NCBI GenBank assembly: GCA_013265495.1 | Contig: MU058257.1 | Coordinates: 565,418-629,417 of the forward strand | Length of the DNA: 64,000 nucleotides | DNA from: Vicugna vicugna | Lineage: Eukaryota | Direction: 5' to 3' | Shown here: one piece after another, positions 24,011-36,651 of the stretch | Numbering within the stretch: the stretch's first letter is position 1 | How the letters are laid out: each line of letters begins with the position of its first letter | Notes under the pieces: model-generated | What the model was told of the DNA's origin: nothing | Seen by the model: the letters and a program-made list of their open reading frames with translations, nothing else | The model's database searches: none | Translations under genes and position numbers: made by a program

Positions 24011-26406
24011 AGTTGTACCAGAGCACAATGGCTAGACCCTTTCTCTACTTATCCGAGGATCTCAGAAAAATTTATGTCAGAGGAACTCACTTGCCCAAAG
24101 AACACCTAAGAACGTGTTTTAGCGCTCTAGAGTCTGACCTGTTCACAGGGGGCTCCAACCACAGTTACCTGGTGCCACCATCCTGCACGGAGAATGATCA
24201 GAGCCACTCTTCAGAACCACGTGAAATGGAGGTAGCTTTAGGGACGGGACCTTGCAATGGCCTGTGGTTACCAGTAAGCACAGTAAACAGCGATGTTCGC
24301 TCGTAGGGAGGAGAGCGGGAGCTTCTGAGACACAACTTTGGAGAGTCAGGAAGGCCCAGGACGGCGGGGTAACTCGTTCCGTCGGGGACTGCATGGAGCC
24401 ATCCATGCCTGCAGCCCAGTCACCTGTAGTGAGGCTGCAGACCTGCGTGCAGGTATACTTTTGAAAAAAGTTCACTTGGCTTATTTGCCGAAAGATGCCC
24501 CAAACTACAAACGACCCACTTCCATGTGGAGCTGAAACAGTTATCTGGAAACTGGCATAATTTAGTCCATTCCCTTCACAAGCTGAACCCGCCCATATCA
24601 AATGAGGTGTTCAAGCTTCCCTATCTTATTTCTACATTTGCTTTATTCCCTTCGAAAGATGGGTAACTAGAAGATTATAAAGTTAGAGGGAGGAAACAAA
24701 GAGAGATTTCTCGTCTCTGTATGTGCATTTTATCAACCCAGCCTCCGCTTGAGATCCCTCGGGGAAAGCCTTCCAGGACAGGCAGAATGATGTCCTTCCT
24801 GCCACAACATAATTCTCCAGCTGCCAGGGGAAAACTGCACATTGTGCCCTAAACAAGAAGCCGGAGAGGATAGATAATAATCACTCCCCAAGGGCTCTTG
24901 CTTCAGCTTTTCTCAGAAAGGGCTGGAGAAACAATCTTGTATTTGAAAAGAGACACGACGGATTCCTGTCCTTACTCATTGGAATGACGGTTCTGTTTTT
25001 CGCAGGCGAGTCTCCATTTTCATTGAACAAACTCTTGCACCAGTGGCCTAAGGCCTGGGAACAGCCAGCGTGGGGCGGATCACAACTGGGCGAAGATTAA
25101 TCAGAATGGCAAGAGAAGTCTGCAGAGGGGTTCAAATTTCTTTCTCTGTCTCCCTCCTAAAATGCTTTTCTAGGTGCAAAAATCCCATGATGTCCACAGC
25201 TGTATGTGTGAAACCGCATGTTCTGATGCAACACAACTCTGCACAATTCTTACCCGGAAACTTACAAGGAATACATGCAACTTCCTCAGAAGCACCTGAT
25301 GGACAGCAGACGTGGCCTGGAGGGCTTCTCTTGCTTTTCCTGGCATTTAGGTTGCTGTGTGACCCCATCCCCCAGGGAGCTGCTGGGGGAAACCTCTAAT
25401 TTCTTTTCCCCCCCTTTTTCTCTGTAAGAACCACACAGGCCGGCACCCTAAGCACTTCTGCAAACAGACCCCGAGCGGTCCTGCCCTTTCACACCGCCCT
25501 GCAGGGACGCTTCGGAAGGGGACTCATAACTGAGCCTTTGCAGACCCTGCCAGACCTTCCATCCTGCCTCCCTGTGGGTTCTGCTCAAAACCCAGCAGTG
25601 GTTAGCACTATTTTTATCAAAGGCAAATAGAAAATAATAATTTCCTCAGGATACACATCCTCTCAGAAAAGAAAAAAAAAGTTCTCGTTTTGACAGAAAA
25701 AGGAAATGGATAAAGGAGTCGGTTGAGAGACTTCGTTTTTCACAAGAGCAGCTTGCCTCCCCCTGGCACCCCCATCGTAGGGTAGAGATTCTTGCACTCG
25801 AAGAGGGGGAGTCCAGCAGATAAGCAGTGATCTAATTTCTAACACTGCCAGGGACAGGGAGCGCCCCAGCCCCCCGGCACCTTGTCTCCCAGCCTCACTA
25901 CCTGGGCATGCTCCCTGGCTGCACACCTGCCCGCGAGCTGTCCTGTGTGGCTGCTTTCTCCTGACTGGCCCCCCGTGGCCTGGTGTCACCGCATCACGGA
26001 CTCAGCAGCTCAGAGCCCATCACCCTGCCCGCTTCCCCTTCCAGAACTGGCGCCAGAAAACGTCCTTCCTTAACTCTTCCTTTGGGTCCTGGTGTCCCTG
26101 TCTTGCCTTTGAGCCCGCTACATTCTGCTTTTCCTCCCCTGAAGAGGGGGTGCCAGGACGGCAGATCAGCCCGGGGGCCCCTCAGCTCCAGTCTTCAGAT
26201 TTCTATTTCTGGTCTGGAAATAGCTCTGTTCACTCAGGGTCACAATGACATTTTTTTGACTTGCTTATAAAAATATACTGGGAAAAAAATTTCTCAATTT
26301 TGTGTACCTATGGGAAATGGACTAAAAATCCCACCCTCCTCCATAAAATATGTTAAAAATAAACAGAAGGCATGAATCATCTGTTTTCTGCTCTAAATTA
26401 TGGCTG

Positions 26407-26858
26407 TGTAAAAATGAATGAAATAATGCCATTCGCAGCAACATGGATGAACCTGGAGACTGTCCTGCTAAGTGAGGTAAGTCAGATAGAGAAAGCCAGA
26501 TATCAGATGAAATCACTTACATGTGGAATCTAAAATATGATACGAGTGAACTTACTTACAAAACAGAAACAGACTCACAGACATAGAAAACAATCTTATA
26601 GTTACCAAAGGGAAAGGTGACGGGGGAATATAAATTACGAGTTTGGGATTAACAGACACACACTACTATATACAAAATAGATAAACAACGAGGTCCTAGT
26701 GTACAGCACAGGGAGCTATATTCAATATCTTGTAATAACCTAAAAATGGAAAAGAATCTGGAAAAGAATATACATATGTATAACTGAATCACTTTGCTGC
26801 ACACCTGAAAATAACACAACATTGTAAATCAAGTATGTTTCAATAAAAAATTGAAAAC
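26407..26858 (+). mobile_element. 5'-truncated LINE-1 3' end
   Basis: ORF2 tail, 3'UTR, AATAAA and polyA; TSD AATTATGGCTG at 26396-26406 and 26859-26869. Confidence 0.92.
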
Positions 26859-27531
26859 AATTATGGCTGAGTAGTTACGGTGGAATTAGCATCAAATGAA
26901 AAGTCATCAGTAACTTCCTGTCTTGTTCTGGTGATATGAATATGAGAGACGTCATTTATAATGCTGAAATGTTAAAATTTGACATAAACGGGTCCCCAGA
27001 TAGATGGATGAGCCAAAGTAAACAGAAGGAAAGAAACCAAATAGTTGCTGAAGAGTCTTGGAAAGTTCCATGGAACTGTTCGTGCAGTGATCACCAGTTA
27101 CAGCCTGACAGCAGCCCACGGCCTGGGCTGTCGTGAAGCTGTGCGGGGCCCTCTACCTGGGGCTGAGGAAAATCCGGGTGTTCCTGCCTCAGGAGCCTAT
27201 ATTCTGTGAAATGTGCTTCTGCAAGTGCTGAGCAGCTGCTTGGCCTCAGCTCCCCACACGGGGAGTGTAAATCACTGCCACGCCCGAGACATCCTTCAGG
27301 CAGAATGTCAGTTTTGGCTCTTGGCTGGATATTCGCCCTCCAGAAATAATGCAGTGAGACCATTCCAGATTTTCCAAGCATCTTAAATAAAGGAAATTCC
27401 AGCCCACCACATGAAATCCTTTGGCAGAGAAGAGGAAATATGGCCCAAGCTGGTGACTTATTGTGATAGATAGCTTGAAAACTCAGAAAAAAATCAGAAG
27501 GGATCATGGTGGTAAAGAAAACTGGCAATTA

Positions 27532-27954
27532 GAACGGAAAGGGTGAGGGATAAAACAGGAGTTTGGGATTAGCAGACACAATCTACTGTACATAAAGTAG
27601 ATAAACAACAAGGTCCTACTGTAGAGCACAGGGTACGTTATTCAATAGCCTGTAACAACCTATAATGAAAAAGAATATGAAAAAGAATAGACATAAAATA
27701 TAAATTTATGGTTACTGGGGGAAAAGGGGTGAGAGGGATAGACTGGGGGTTCAAGATTCACAGATACTAACTACTGCATATAAAATAGATGATCAACAAG
27801 GTCCTACCATACAGCACAGAAAACTACATTCAATGCCTATAGTGAAAAAGAATATGAAAAGGAATATACATATAAATGTATAAAAGAATCACTATGTTGT
27901 ACCCCAGAAACTAACACAACATTGTAAATCAACTGTACTTCAATTAAAAACATT
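27532..27954 (+). mobile_element. LINE-1 3'UTR insertion containing two tandem overlapping 3'UTR segments
   Basis: 3'UTR segment 27535-27700 restarts near 27700 (AAATTTATGGTTACTGGGGG); TSD AAAGAAAA(C/T)TGGCAA(T/C)TA at 27514-27531 and 27955-27972. Confidence 0.85.
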
Positions 27955-28075
27955 AAAGAAAATTGGCAACTAATTTGTGAGTCAGAGTGCACTCAAAACA
28001 TTCTGTTTGGAGGTTTAACTTATGGACAACAGCACATAGGACGCTGATATGTTGTTGTTTCAAAAAATAAGCATG

Positions 28076-28470
28076 GGGTAAGCCAGAAAAAGAAAGAAAA
28101 TACCATATGATATCACTTATATGAGGAATCTGAAAAAAAGACACAAATGAACTTATTTACAAAATGGAAACAGACTCACAGACGTAGAAAACAAACTTAT
28201 GGTTACCGGGGGGGAAAGGGGTGGGAAGGGACAAACTGGGAGTTTGAGGTTTGCAGATACTGACTACTATATATAAAATAGATAAACAAGTTTCCACTGT
28301 ACAGCACAGGGAACCATATTCAATATCTTGTAGTAACCTGTAATAAAAAAGAATGTGAAAAGGAATATATATACGTACGGGTATGACTGAAACATTATGC
28401 TGCACATTAGAAATTGATACTGTGTAAACTGACTATAATTCAACTAAAAAATTAAAAAATTAAAAAAAAA
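28076..28470 (+). mobile_element. 5'-truncated LINE-1 3' end
   Basis: GTAAGCCAGAAAAAGAAAGAAAATACCATATGATATCACTTATATG...ACTGACTATAATTCAACTAAAAAA polyA. Confidence 0.9.
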
Positions 28471-30047
28471 TAGAGAACACCCCCTGGAGCAACAACAACA
28501 AAAGGTTGCTGTGTATAATGTTAATACGTGAAAACATACTAGTATTTGTGGCAATAAAAAGTGGGAAAATGAAAAAAAAATGGGTTACATTTTTAGAACA
28601 TTTTACTTCCATGTAATAGAAAACATAATTGTGATCTAATGAATCCTGCAAGTGAGGTCTGGTTGGGAGGGAGCTGGTTAGGCAGGTTACCACCACTTAC
28701 AGATGGATAAAAGTGAAAGAAGTTTAAGAGTCTCTCTAAGGTCACAGATGACTCAGTGGTGGGTGATTAATTCACACCCACACGGGAGTGAGGGGACTAA
28801 AAGCCGAGCCCTCTCCTGAAATAGATTATCCAGAAGCCCTCTTAGGGACCAAAGGCCTATGAGGTTTTCCAACATCCTTTGTTTCCCACTGCTGAGCACA
28901 GACATTACTAATCCAAGAAGATAAAAATCACAGAATGGAAGGGCTGAACAAATCCTGGGGAGGGTTTCATCCAACTTTCCCCTTCCTATAGACAAAGCAA
29001 ATTCAGCCTCTGCAAGATTATTGAAAATCAGGCTTAATTTGTGACTACAGCAGGAGTCTTCCTGCTGTCCCATGACACCAGCTGAAAGCAACCATGAACT
29101 TGATCTCATCCGTGGGGTCATGAAACAAAATCAAAGTCAGTGGCTTTTTTCTTCTCATGCTCAACACTGCTGGTGCTTCTTTGGGGGCTGATGGTTAAAA
29201 ATGTCCCTCAACTGTACATAAGGTGACATGTGTTCCTTCTGTTAAGTCAGAAGTCATTTGGGGTTTCTATTTGGGGGCAGATGTTACCTACTAGCATAAA
29301 ACATGATCACCAATTTCCAGCACACCCCCCTTCTCCCCTGCACAAAGGCATTCCATCCATCCTGCATGTTGTTGGCAAGAAAGAGGCACCATGTGGAGAA
29401 GTCATTACTGCCTCGCCCGAGGAATGAAACCAATTCTATCTCAGCTCTTGCAGACAAGAGGGCAACACCTTGGCTTACTAAGAACACGAGTTTTTTTTTT
29501 TTTAACCTTCTGAAAAAATCACTCTCTTCTAATGACTAGGTACAGGGAAACGTGAGTTAGGGACTGCCTGACAGTTTGCTCAATAGAAGCTCTGTAGTAC
29601 CACCTCCCCTAGTCTTCGATGCAGAACCAGCCGTCTGTATCCACGGCTTCGCTCCCTCTTTTCAAAGTTGTAAATTGAGGAACATAATTCTTCCCGCAGC
29701 CAAGGCTCATCAGCCAGACCTGTGGGTCCAGAAATTGGCTGGCCGTGTGTTGTAACATGTCTGTCATCACTTTCTTTCATTATGATCCTGTGGTTGGTTT
29801 TTGGAGACTTTAAGGGCCAATTGACTAGCGGTTCACTTAACTTGGGTGAACGCTCCGTGTCACTTGTGTTAGACTGAAATGCCACATTCCACAACTGTAT
29901 TCCGATGACCACTAAGCGTGGAAAAGGCTTGGTTTGGGGGTTTGCCAAGGCGCCTTCGACAAGACTTCTCTTTTCCCAATTGATAAGATTGATCAAACCT
30001 ATTAACCTTTGTCCCTTCTGCTGTTATGTCACAGAAATGGCCTATTC

Positions 30048-30486
30048 TTTTTTAATTTTGTTTTTTATTGAAGTGTAGTTGATTTATAGTGTTAGTTTTA
30101 GGTGTACAGCCAAGTGATTCAGTTATACATGTACATACACACACATGTATTTTCAGATTCTTTTTCATTTTATGTTACTCCAGGAAATTGAACACAGTTC
30201 CCTGTGCTGTACAGGAGGTCCTTGGTGTTTCTCTATTTTATATATAGTAATGTGTGTCTGTTAATCTCAAACTCCTAATTTATCCCTCCCCCACCCTTTC
30301 CCCTTTGGTAACCATAGTTTGTTTTCTGTCAGTGAGTCTGTTTTTGGTTTGTAAATAAGATTTGTATCTTTTTTTTTTAGATTCCACATATAAGTGATAT
30401 CATCTGATACCTGTCTTTCTCTGCCTGACTTACTTCACTTAACACCTTGATCATCTCTAGGTGCACCCACGCTGCTGCCAGGGGGC
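30048..30486 (-). mobile_element. 5'-truncated LINE-1 3' end
   Basis: Poly-T then antisense 3'UTR; TSD ATGGCCT(A/C)TTC at 30037-30047 and 30487-30497. Confidence 0.9.
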
Positions 30487-31400
30487 ATGGCCTCTTCCCA
30501 AGTCCTGTAGTCCCCTTTCTTCTTCCTTGTATCTCTGAGAGGAGCCCTTATAAGATACAAAGTCCAGTGACAGAAAGGCCTTTCCTGTGGATGGTCCTTT
30601 GCCCAAACTCTTCAGAAATAGGATGGATGACCTTTTAAAGAGAGGACGCTTGGTCACGGAAGTATCTCTAAAGAGAGCAGATTTCCAAGTTAACGGGAGG
30701 GTTGAAACAGACACTTCCTAAAACTCCCTCTAAAGCTAAGATGTGTTGAAACCGTATTCCTTAATTCTGTGCCGGGGAGCCGAGGGAAGCTAAATGGATA
30801 TAAATGAAAGGTTTTTGTTTTCTTATCGTCTTTATTAGTTTTCCCTAGAAAAGTAAAAACGCCCATTTTTGTTTCTGTTGAAAGAGTCGGCCGGAATAAG
30901 GGTTTCTGTTTCAGAACAAGAGAAAGGCCGTTCAGTTTGCTGGGTGGTGATGATCTTAAACTGACACACATCCCAGATTCTTCTGGAAGTGCAGCCCGAG
31001 ACGGGTTCAGCCTTTCCTTAAGGAAGGAGGTACCACGGCAGAAGGCCAGGCCCCAAATATCTATAAGGCAGCTCTTTTCTAGAGCCAGCAACACCAGGTA
31101 AGAACCACACCTCTGGCTGAGGAGGTAAACAACTCCGGCCCCGACCTGAGGAGGCTCTCTGTAGGCTCACAGGTCAAGTCAGCTGTGCAGGGAGGAGGGA
31201 CCCAGAGGAAACACAGTTTCATTTCCCAGTAACTCCCCTGACCCGAACGAGGGCGGGAACCAAGGAGAAACAGCAGCATGCAAACCTCAGAAGGATGGGG
31301 CCAGGCCCACTCCGTGGTGCTCCGAGCCCGAAACACTTTCCGGTTCTGGTACGACAGGAGCGCAAACACCTCATGGGTGAGTCTCGGTTGGAGAATTTTA

Positions 31401-31554
31401 TTTTATTTTATTTTTTTTAACATTTTTTTATTGATTTATAATCATTTTACAATGTTGTGTCAAATTCCAGTGTTCAGCACAATTTTTCAGTCATTCGTGG
31501 ACATATACACACTCATTGTCACTTTTTTTTTTCTGTGAGTTATCATAACATTTC
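31401..31554 (-). mobile_element. Short LINE-1 3' stub, probably young
   Basis: Perfect 16-bp TSD CGGTTGGAGAATTTTA at 31385-31400 and 31555-31570; T-rich tail then TTTATAATCATTTTACAATGTTGTGTCAAATTCCAGTG. Confidence 0.92.
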
Positions 31555-32039
31555 CGGTTGGAGAATTTTAGATCATCTCTGCAGAGGACAAAGAAATGAC
31601 AGCCGGGCTGTATCCTACCAATTCAACAAAGCCACGTGACCTCCACCAGCCTGAACACCCAAGACACCGCAACTGAGTGGGAAGAATAAAATCCGAAACT
31701 TCATTCTCAGAGAATCACTGTTGATTGACTTGATCTCTGTCTTTGCTGTAATTACAGGACCACTTTGAGCTCATCAAAGACTCTAGACTATCACCACTGA
31801 GACAGTTCTCTAAGCCTTCAGAGAGACAGCGATTAATAAAGCAATTTCAAAGGGCTAGAATCCTGGGCTGTGATTCACATGAATGTGAATTATGATTAAC
31901 ATCAGATAACCCAAGTGATTTCTGCATGGACATGTGGTCACCTAGGAGGTGGTGGGGGCACTGTCTGGGTACCAGGGAAGACCCCAGATGTCACTGCTTT
32001 CCTGTATTTGTGTGGTCCTGACCACGTGGACAGCGAACC

Positions 32040-32130
32040 GAGGGCAAGTCCCTCACCATCCTGAGCCTCAGTTTTCTGGTCTGTAAAATGGTAACACCAA
32101 TGCTGGCCCTACTTTCTTGGGAGGCTTGTG
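32040..32130 (+). mobile_element. MIR fragment
   Basis: GGGCAAGTCCCTCACCATCCTGAGCCTCAGTTTTCTGGTCTGTAAAATGG is the MIR core. Confidence 0.7.
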
Positions 32131-35100
32131 AAGGGGGTAAGCAATTATTGTCTGCATTCCTGGCTGATCAGAAAGTCAGATCATGTCAGAGAAGAGGGTG
32201 TCTGAGTGTTAGAGCGAATTACCAAGCATGCCTTTCTGCGCAGGACTGTAGACACAGCTGCCACGCCCTGTGTCCTGTGCCAGCCATCCCGCGATTCACC
32301 CCTGCAGGATGCCCTGTGTTCACTGAGCCAGGCCAGCCCCATGGTGAGCGAGCCCCCCTCTGCAGGGTTCTGACTACAGAAAACAGCCAGGAGTTCCACC
32401 CGGCCCTCCACTTGCTAAATGTCCCAGGGATGTCAAATACTGGGAAACGTGGCTGTCTAAAATCCCGCGGAATAAGACTTCCGCTCAGCAGCTTCCTGAT
32501 GGTCTCGTGCCACACTCCGCGGGGCAGGAGCCCTGGGTGCCGGGTAGGTCGCAGGGATCCCCCGATCTGGGCACAGAGATGCTGGGAGGCCGAGGATGAC
32601 GGTGGTCCGGCCTCAGGGCGTCAGGACGCGGGTCGCCGACAGAGGGCGGTGTCGCACGTCTGCAGAAGCACAGGCTCCCGCCTAACCCGACCACCGGAGC
32701 CCTCCCCTCCCGGCCTTCCTGCGCCGAGTCCCCAACAGGAGTGATTACAGCAACTAGCCCAGAACAGATGGCTTCTGGTCAGAGCTCACTGCTGCTCCAT
32801 CACCACTGTGATGCAGGAAAGGGCTTTGTCATCGTTCATCATGCTTTCTCACCAGTACTTTTTTGCAGAAGGCCACATCTATTAGGCTCACTTTTCAGAA
32901 GGCAGGTCCAGGGGGGCTAACTGGCTGAGCCATTCAGTCCAGAAGCAGACAGAGCTGGGAAGAACACTCCAGCTTCTGCGGCCTGCTGGGGAGTTCTCAA
33001 ATGCCGCGCTGCTGTCCGGGAATGAAAACCCCCCGCTGCCTTCCTCCGTGCTTAGCCAGGGAAGGTGGTCCGGCTTGGCGGGTCACTGGGACTTCACAGA
33101 TGGGACCCCTCTGTCCTCCGCCCCTATAAGTTGTTTATTCCAGTCCAAGCTGATAGATGATGACCAAACCAGCGAATTAAGCCCATTCTGCCGCCTAAGG
33201 AAGGGGTCGGGAGGGATGGGAAACAGACACATAAGATCAAGCCTGAGAGTGAAACTGACCCAAGGGCCTAGGGGTACAGGAGTTCCCTCCTTCTGCGCTT
33301 CCCGGTGCTCTTGGATCACTGAGAACAGACTGTCCGAGACTCGGGAGCTGTCGGAGCCCTCTCCCCGGCCCCCTCCCACCATTACCCCCGGCCCTTACAC
33401 AATCTCATTTGCAGCCCACATTCTGGAAGCCCCGAATCACTTTTTGGCTAAGCACCTATTGGCTTCGGTGACCCCTCCGTGCACAGCCTTGAGGCTTGGT
33501 GACACGTCCTCGTAGGTGAGGTGCTGCCAGTCAAGTGAGACTCAATGCTTCCCTGTTCTGTGTGAAGCGCAATCTCTAAAATGGAGACTTTCTTGGACAA
33601 CAGCAGTGACAAATCGGTGTGGAGTCGGCTGACAAACAGCGGGGACACCTCGCAGGATGCTCTCACTGCCGATTTACCTCTAAACACCGTTCGGCAAAAG
33701 TCAGCTTCGTGGCCTAAGTAGGTGCCGTCGTATATTTGGGGAGGGCAGATTAAAATAGGGCCATGCAGGCAAACCTGGCCAGTACACGTGCTCATACGGC
33801 TTGCTGCTCTGCACTTGATGGAGCGTAGGGGTCAGGCCTGACGCCCCACCGTCCTGGCAGCAGAAGTATCTGGTTTGAGGCTGTGAAAAACGTCTCTCTC
33901 TGGTGGCAGCTCTGTCTGGCACCTTGTTCAACCACCTAGAAAAGACAGTTGGCGCCTGGAAAGTCAAGTGTTACTTTCGCTCTGAGTCAGCTCGATGCCA
34001 GTGTCGGGGCCCTCGGAAAGGGTGGAGGGACACATGGGGCTTTGATGGCTCTGGCCTGGTCGACACTGACACACCCAAATCTGAAGGGTTTGTGCCCACA
34101 TCCTTTCCGCTGCAGCTGGTGGCTGGTGGCAGCCACCTTTGCAAGGCCTGTCGGAGGCAGTGCCAACTAGAACTCAACCGGATCTTGATATAAATGGGCT
34201 GAATGCTTATTCTTCTCAGATACATCAGTCTGGCAGGGGGAATCAGAGACCACTAGAAAGCCATTTGGCCCAAAGTCTAAACAAGTTGCTCTGATCCAAA
34301 ATGGCGGCTTGTGTCCAGGTGCCTTGGATGCAGCCACTACCTCAAGACATCACCAGACATCAGACACAAAAAACCCTAAAGGCTAACGTTGTCCAACCAC
34401 TCACTTCATGCACAAGGACACTGAGGTGCAGGGAAGCGCAGAGACTGGCGCTGGAGGGTGGAGTCTGCATTCAGAGTCAGGACACGCCAGGGTGGCCCCT
34501 CCAGTCATGGCCGAACAGACCTGAGTCTTGCATTGCTCTTGGTTACCTTCTGGGCTGCTGAGAAGATGACACAGATGAATATGCTTATTTCCATGGGCTT
34601 CAGTGTGGCCTGGAAAACCCGATAAATGTGCCAATGCTGGACTCCCCACTGGCCCTCCAGCAGAGGTTAGGAACCAGGTTTGGGGTCTGTCTTCAAGGGA
34701 CACTGTGAAGACACCTGTGGTCTTTGCTGTCTCAGAGTGGCCTAGCCTCCCATGGGGTCTCATCACTTGGTTTTCTAGTCTCAGCCCAGCCCATGACATG
34801 TGTGGTCCTGAGAACGTAGCTCCGTGTCACTAAGTAGGAACACCCACCTGCCATCCCACCTCCCTCTCCCTCTCTTCTGATCACCAATGCTTCTCCCCTC
34901 CCTTGGCCCCATTTAGGACCCAGACACACACAACCTGTCTAGCTGTTTGCCTCATGATGGCCACCAGAAGGTCTGACACTGAGTGTAAGAGCGGTCCCGT
35001 GCTGACTTCATCCAGGTGGGACCGTTGTGTCCTGACTCGATGTGGCCCATCGCTGCTGTAGGATGGATGCAGCAGGGCATCCAGTCATGTGCCTTGTCGA

Positions 35101-36126
35101 TGAAGATGCTGCCTGCTGTCCAGGAGACCCTGGTGCTACTTTGTGGTCTCATACATGACATCGTCCACATACTAGGACACGTTGGCAACTGGCATTTAAC
35201 TACTAAGGCATGTACATTTTTTAGGCCTCACTAGTGGCACTCAGTAGGTTTTTAATTCTCATTCTGACCATCACACATTTTCTACCATATTTCTAGAACT
35301 CTATAAAGTCATGTCAAGACCATCAGCGAGACGATTCACACGCCGTTTCTGTTGCGCCTACCATCTGAGTTACTTATGTTCAGAATTACCTACTTTGAAA
35401 TATTTCGACACTGTCCAAATGCTTTACGAAGACCTAGAATTTCGTTCTTAAAAAGTGTTCTGATCTTGTTTATTGAGAAGACAAAGTCATCAAGGAAAAC
35501 TGAAGAGGAAATAATTGCTGTTCAAACCCGTCAGCGGATTGGATTGTTTTTGGTTTCCTTTAGGTCCTCATCCATGTACTTACAACTCAAGGAGGTTTGT
35601 TTCCTAGTCTCAGCTTAGTCTTAGCTACTAACAAGTATGATGCTGAGAAAGGAGCTTAACTTTAATAGGTAGGAGGAAGTGTTCATGACATTTATGTTAC
35701 GGGAATCTGGGGATTAAACCGGTGAAAATGGTTTGCATAATGTAATGTCCCTTAAATGCCAAAAGGATTGTTATTTTGATCAAAGGCCCCCTCACACGAT
35801 GGTGTTCTCTAGCTCTTCAAAAAGCCGTTGGCCTCTGTTTTTAGAGCATGAAAAATACAAGGGAAAATGAAGAAAGATAGAAGGATCTGGAAAGATTTCA
35901 GAGGCTTTGACCCAAGGAAGAAAAACTCAAAAGCTTCTTGCTCAGTATCTTCAAGGATGTGAAGTCCTATGAAAAGTGTGAGTGGGAACTAGCCGTTCCC
36001 ACCGCTTCACAGAGCAAAGAGAGAGGAGGGCAGTTAAGTTCTCTTAAGATCACCTTCCTGACTGTGGGGGTTTTTACCATCAGGGAAGGGATGGCTTAGG
36101 AAGACACCTTGTGTCTTGAAGAAGGT

Positions 36127-36651
36127 TACGTTTGTCTATTGTCATGTACAAAATATCCCCAAAACTTCATGGTGTGAAACCAGCCATCACAATTTTATAA
36201 AGCCCCTGGATTCTGTGGGTCAAATATTCAGACAGAGCATGGCAAGCTTGGTTTGTGTCTGCTCCACGGGGCTGGCACCTCGGCAGGGAAGACTTAAACG
36301 GCTGGGAGGAGTTTACCTGGTGGGGCTGGAATCATCTGTTAAGTTTCCTCACGCACGTGTCTCATGTCCAGGACCTCGCCGAGCACCTCTCTGTGTAGCG
36401 TCAAGATGCTCCCATGGGTCATTGCACTGGCTGCTCCAACATGGCAGCCTCAGGGTGGCCAGACATCCGACACATGGCTCTGGGCTCCAAGAACAAATGC
36501 AGAAGCTGCAAGGCTTTGAAATCACGAGCGTCACTTCTGCTCAGCTGGAAGTAGTCAGAATCCCATCCGGATTCAAGGGGAGGGAACACCGACGTGACTT
36601 CTGAATGGAGGACTGTCAAAGAATTTGCAGGTGTGTTTGAAAACCACCGCA
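36127..36651 (-). mobile_element. MaLR solo LTR, MLT1F-like
   Basis: CCCCAAAACTT...GATTCTGTGGGTCA...CTGCTCCAC; right end CAAAGAATTTGCAGGTGTGTTTGAAAACCACCGCA is the reverse complement of an MLT1F-type start. Confidence 0.78.

Noticed and set aside
32088..32744. 218-aa plus-strand ORF
   Set aside because: Starts inside a MIR fragment and runs through a GC-rich patch; Arg/Pro/Cys-rich product with no recognisable homology.
33581..33721. 46-codon ORF (METFLDNSSDKSVWSRL...) with good Kozak context
   Set aside because: No recognisable homology or promoter/splice support; ORFs of this size are expected by chance.
34950..35190. Minus-strand peptide fragments YVDD and SIFIDKAH resembling RT or Walker-B motifs
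   Set aside because: Different frames, flanked by stops, and no surrounding domain similarity; only a tblastx/HMM hit could rescue it as a pseudogene fragment.
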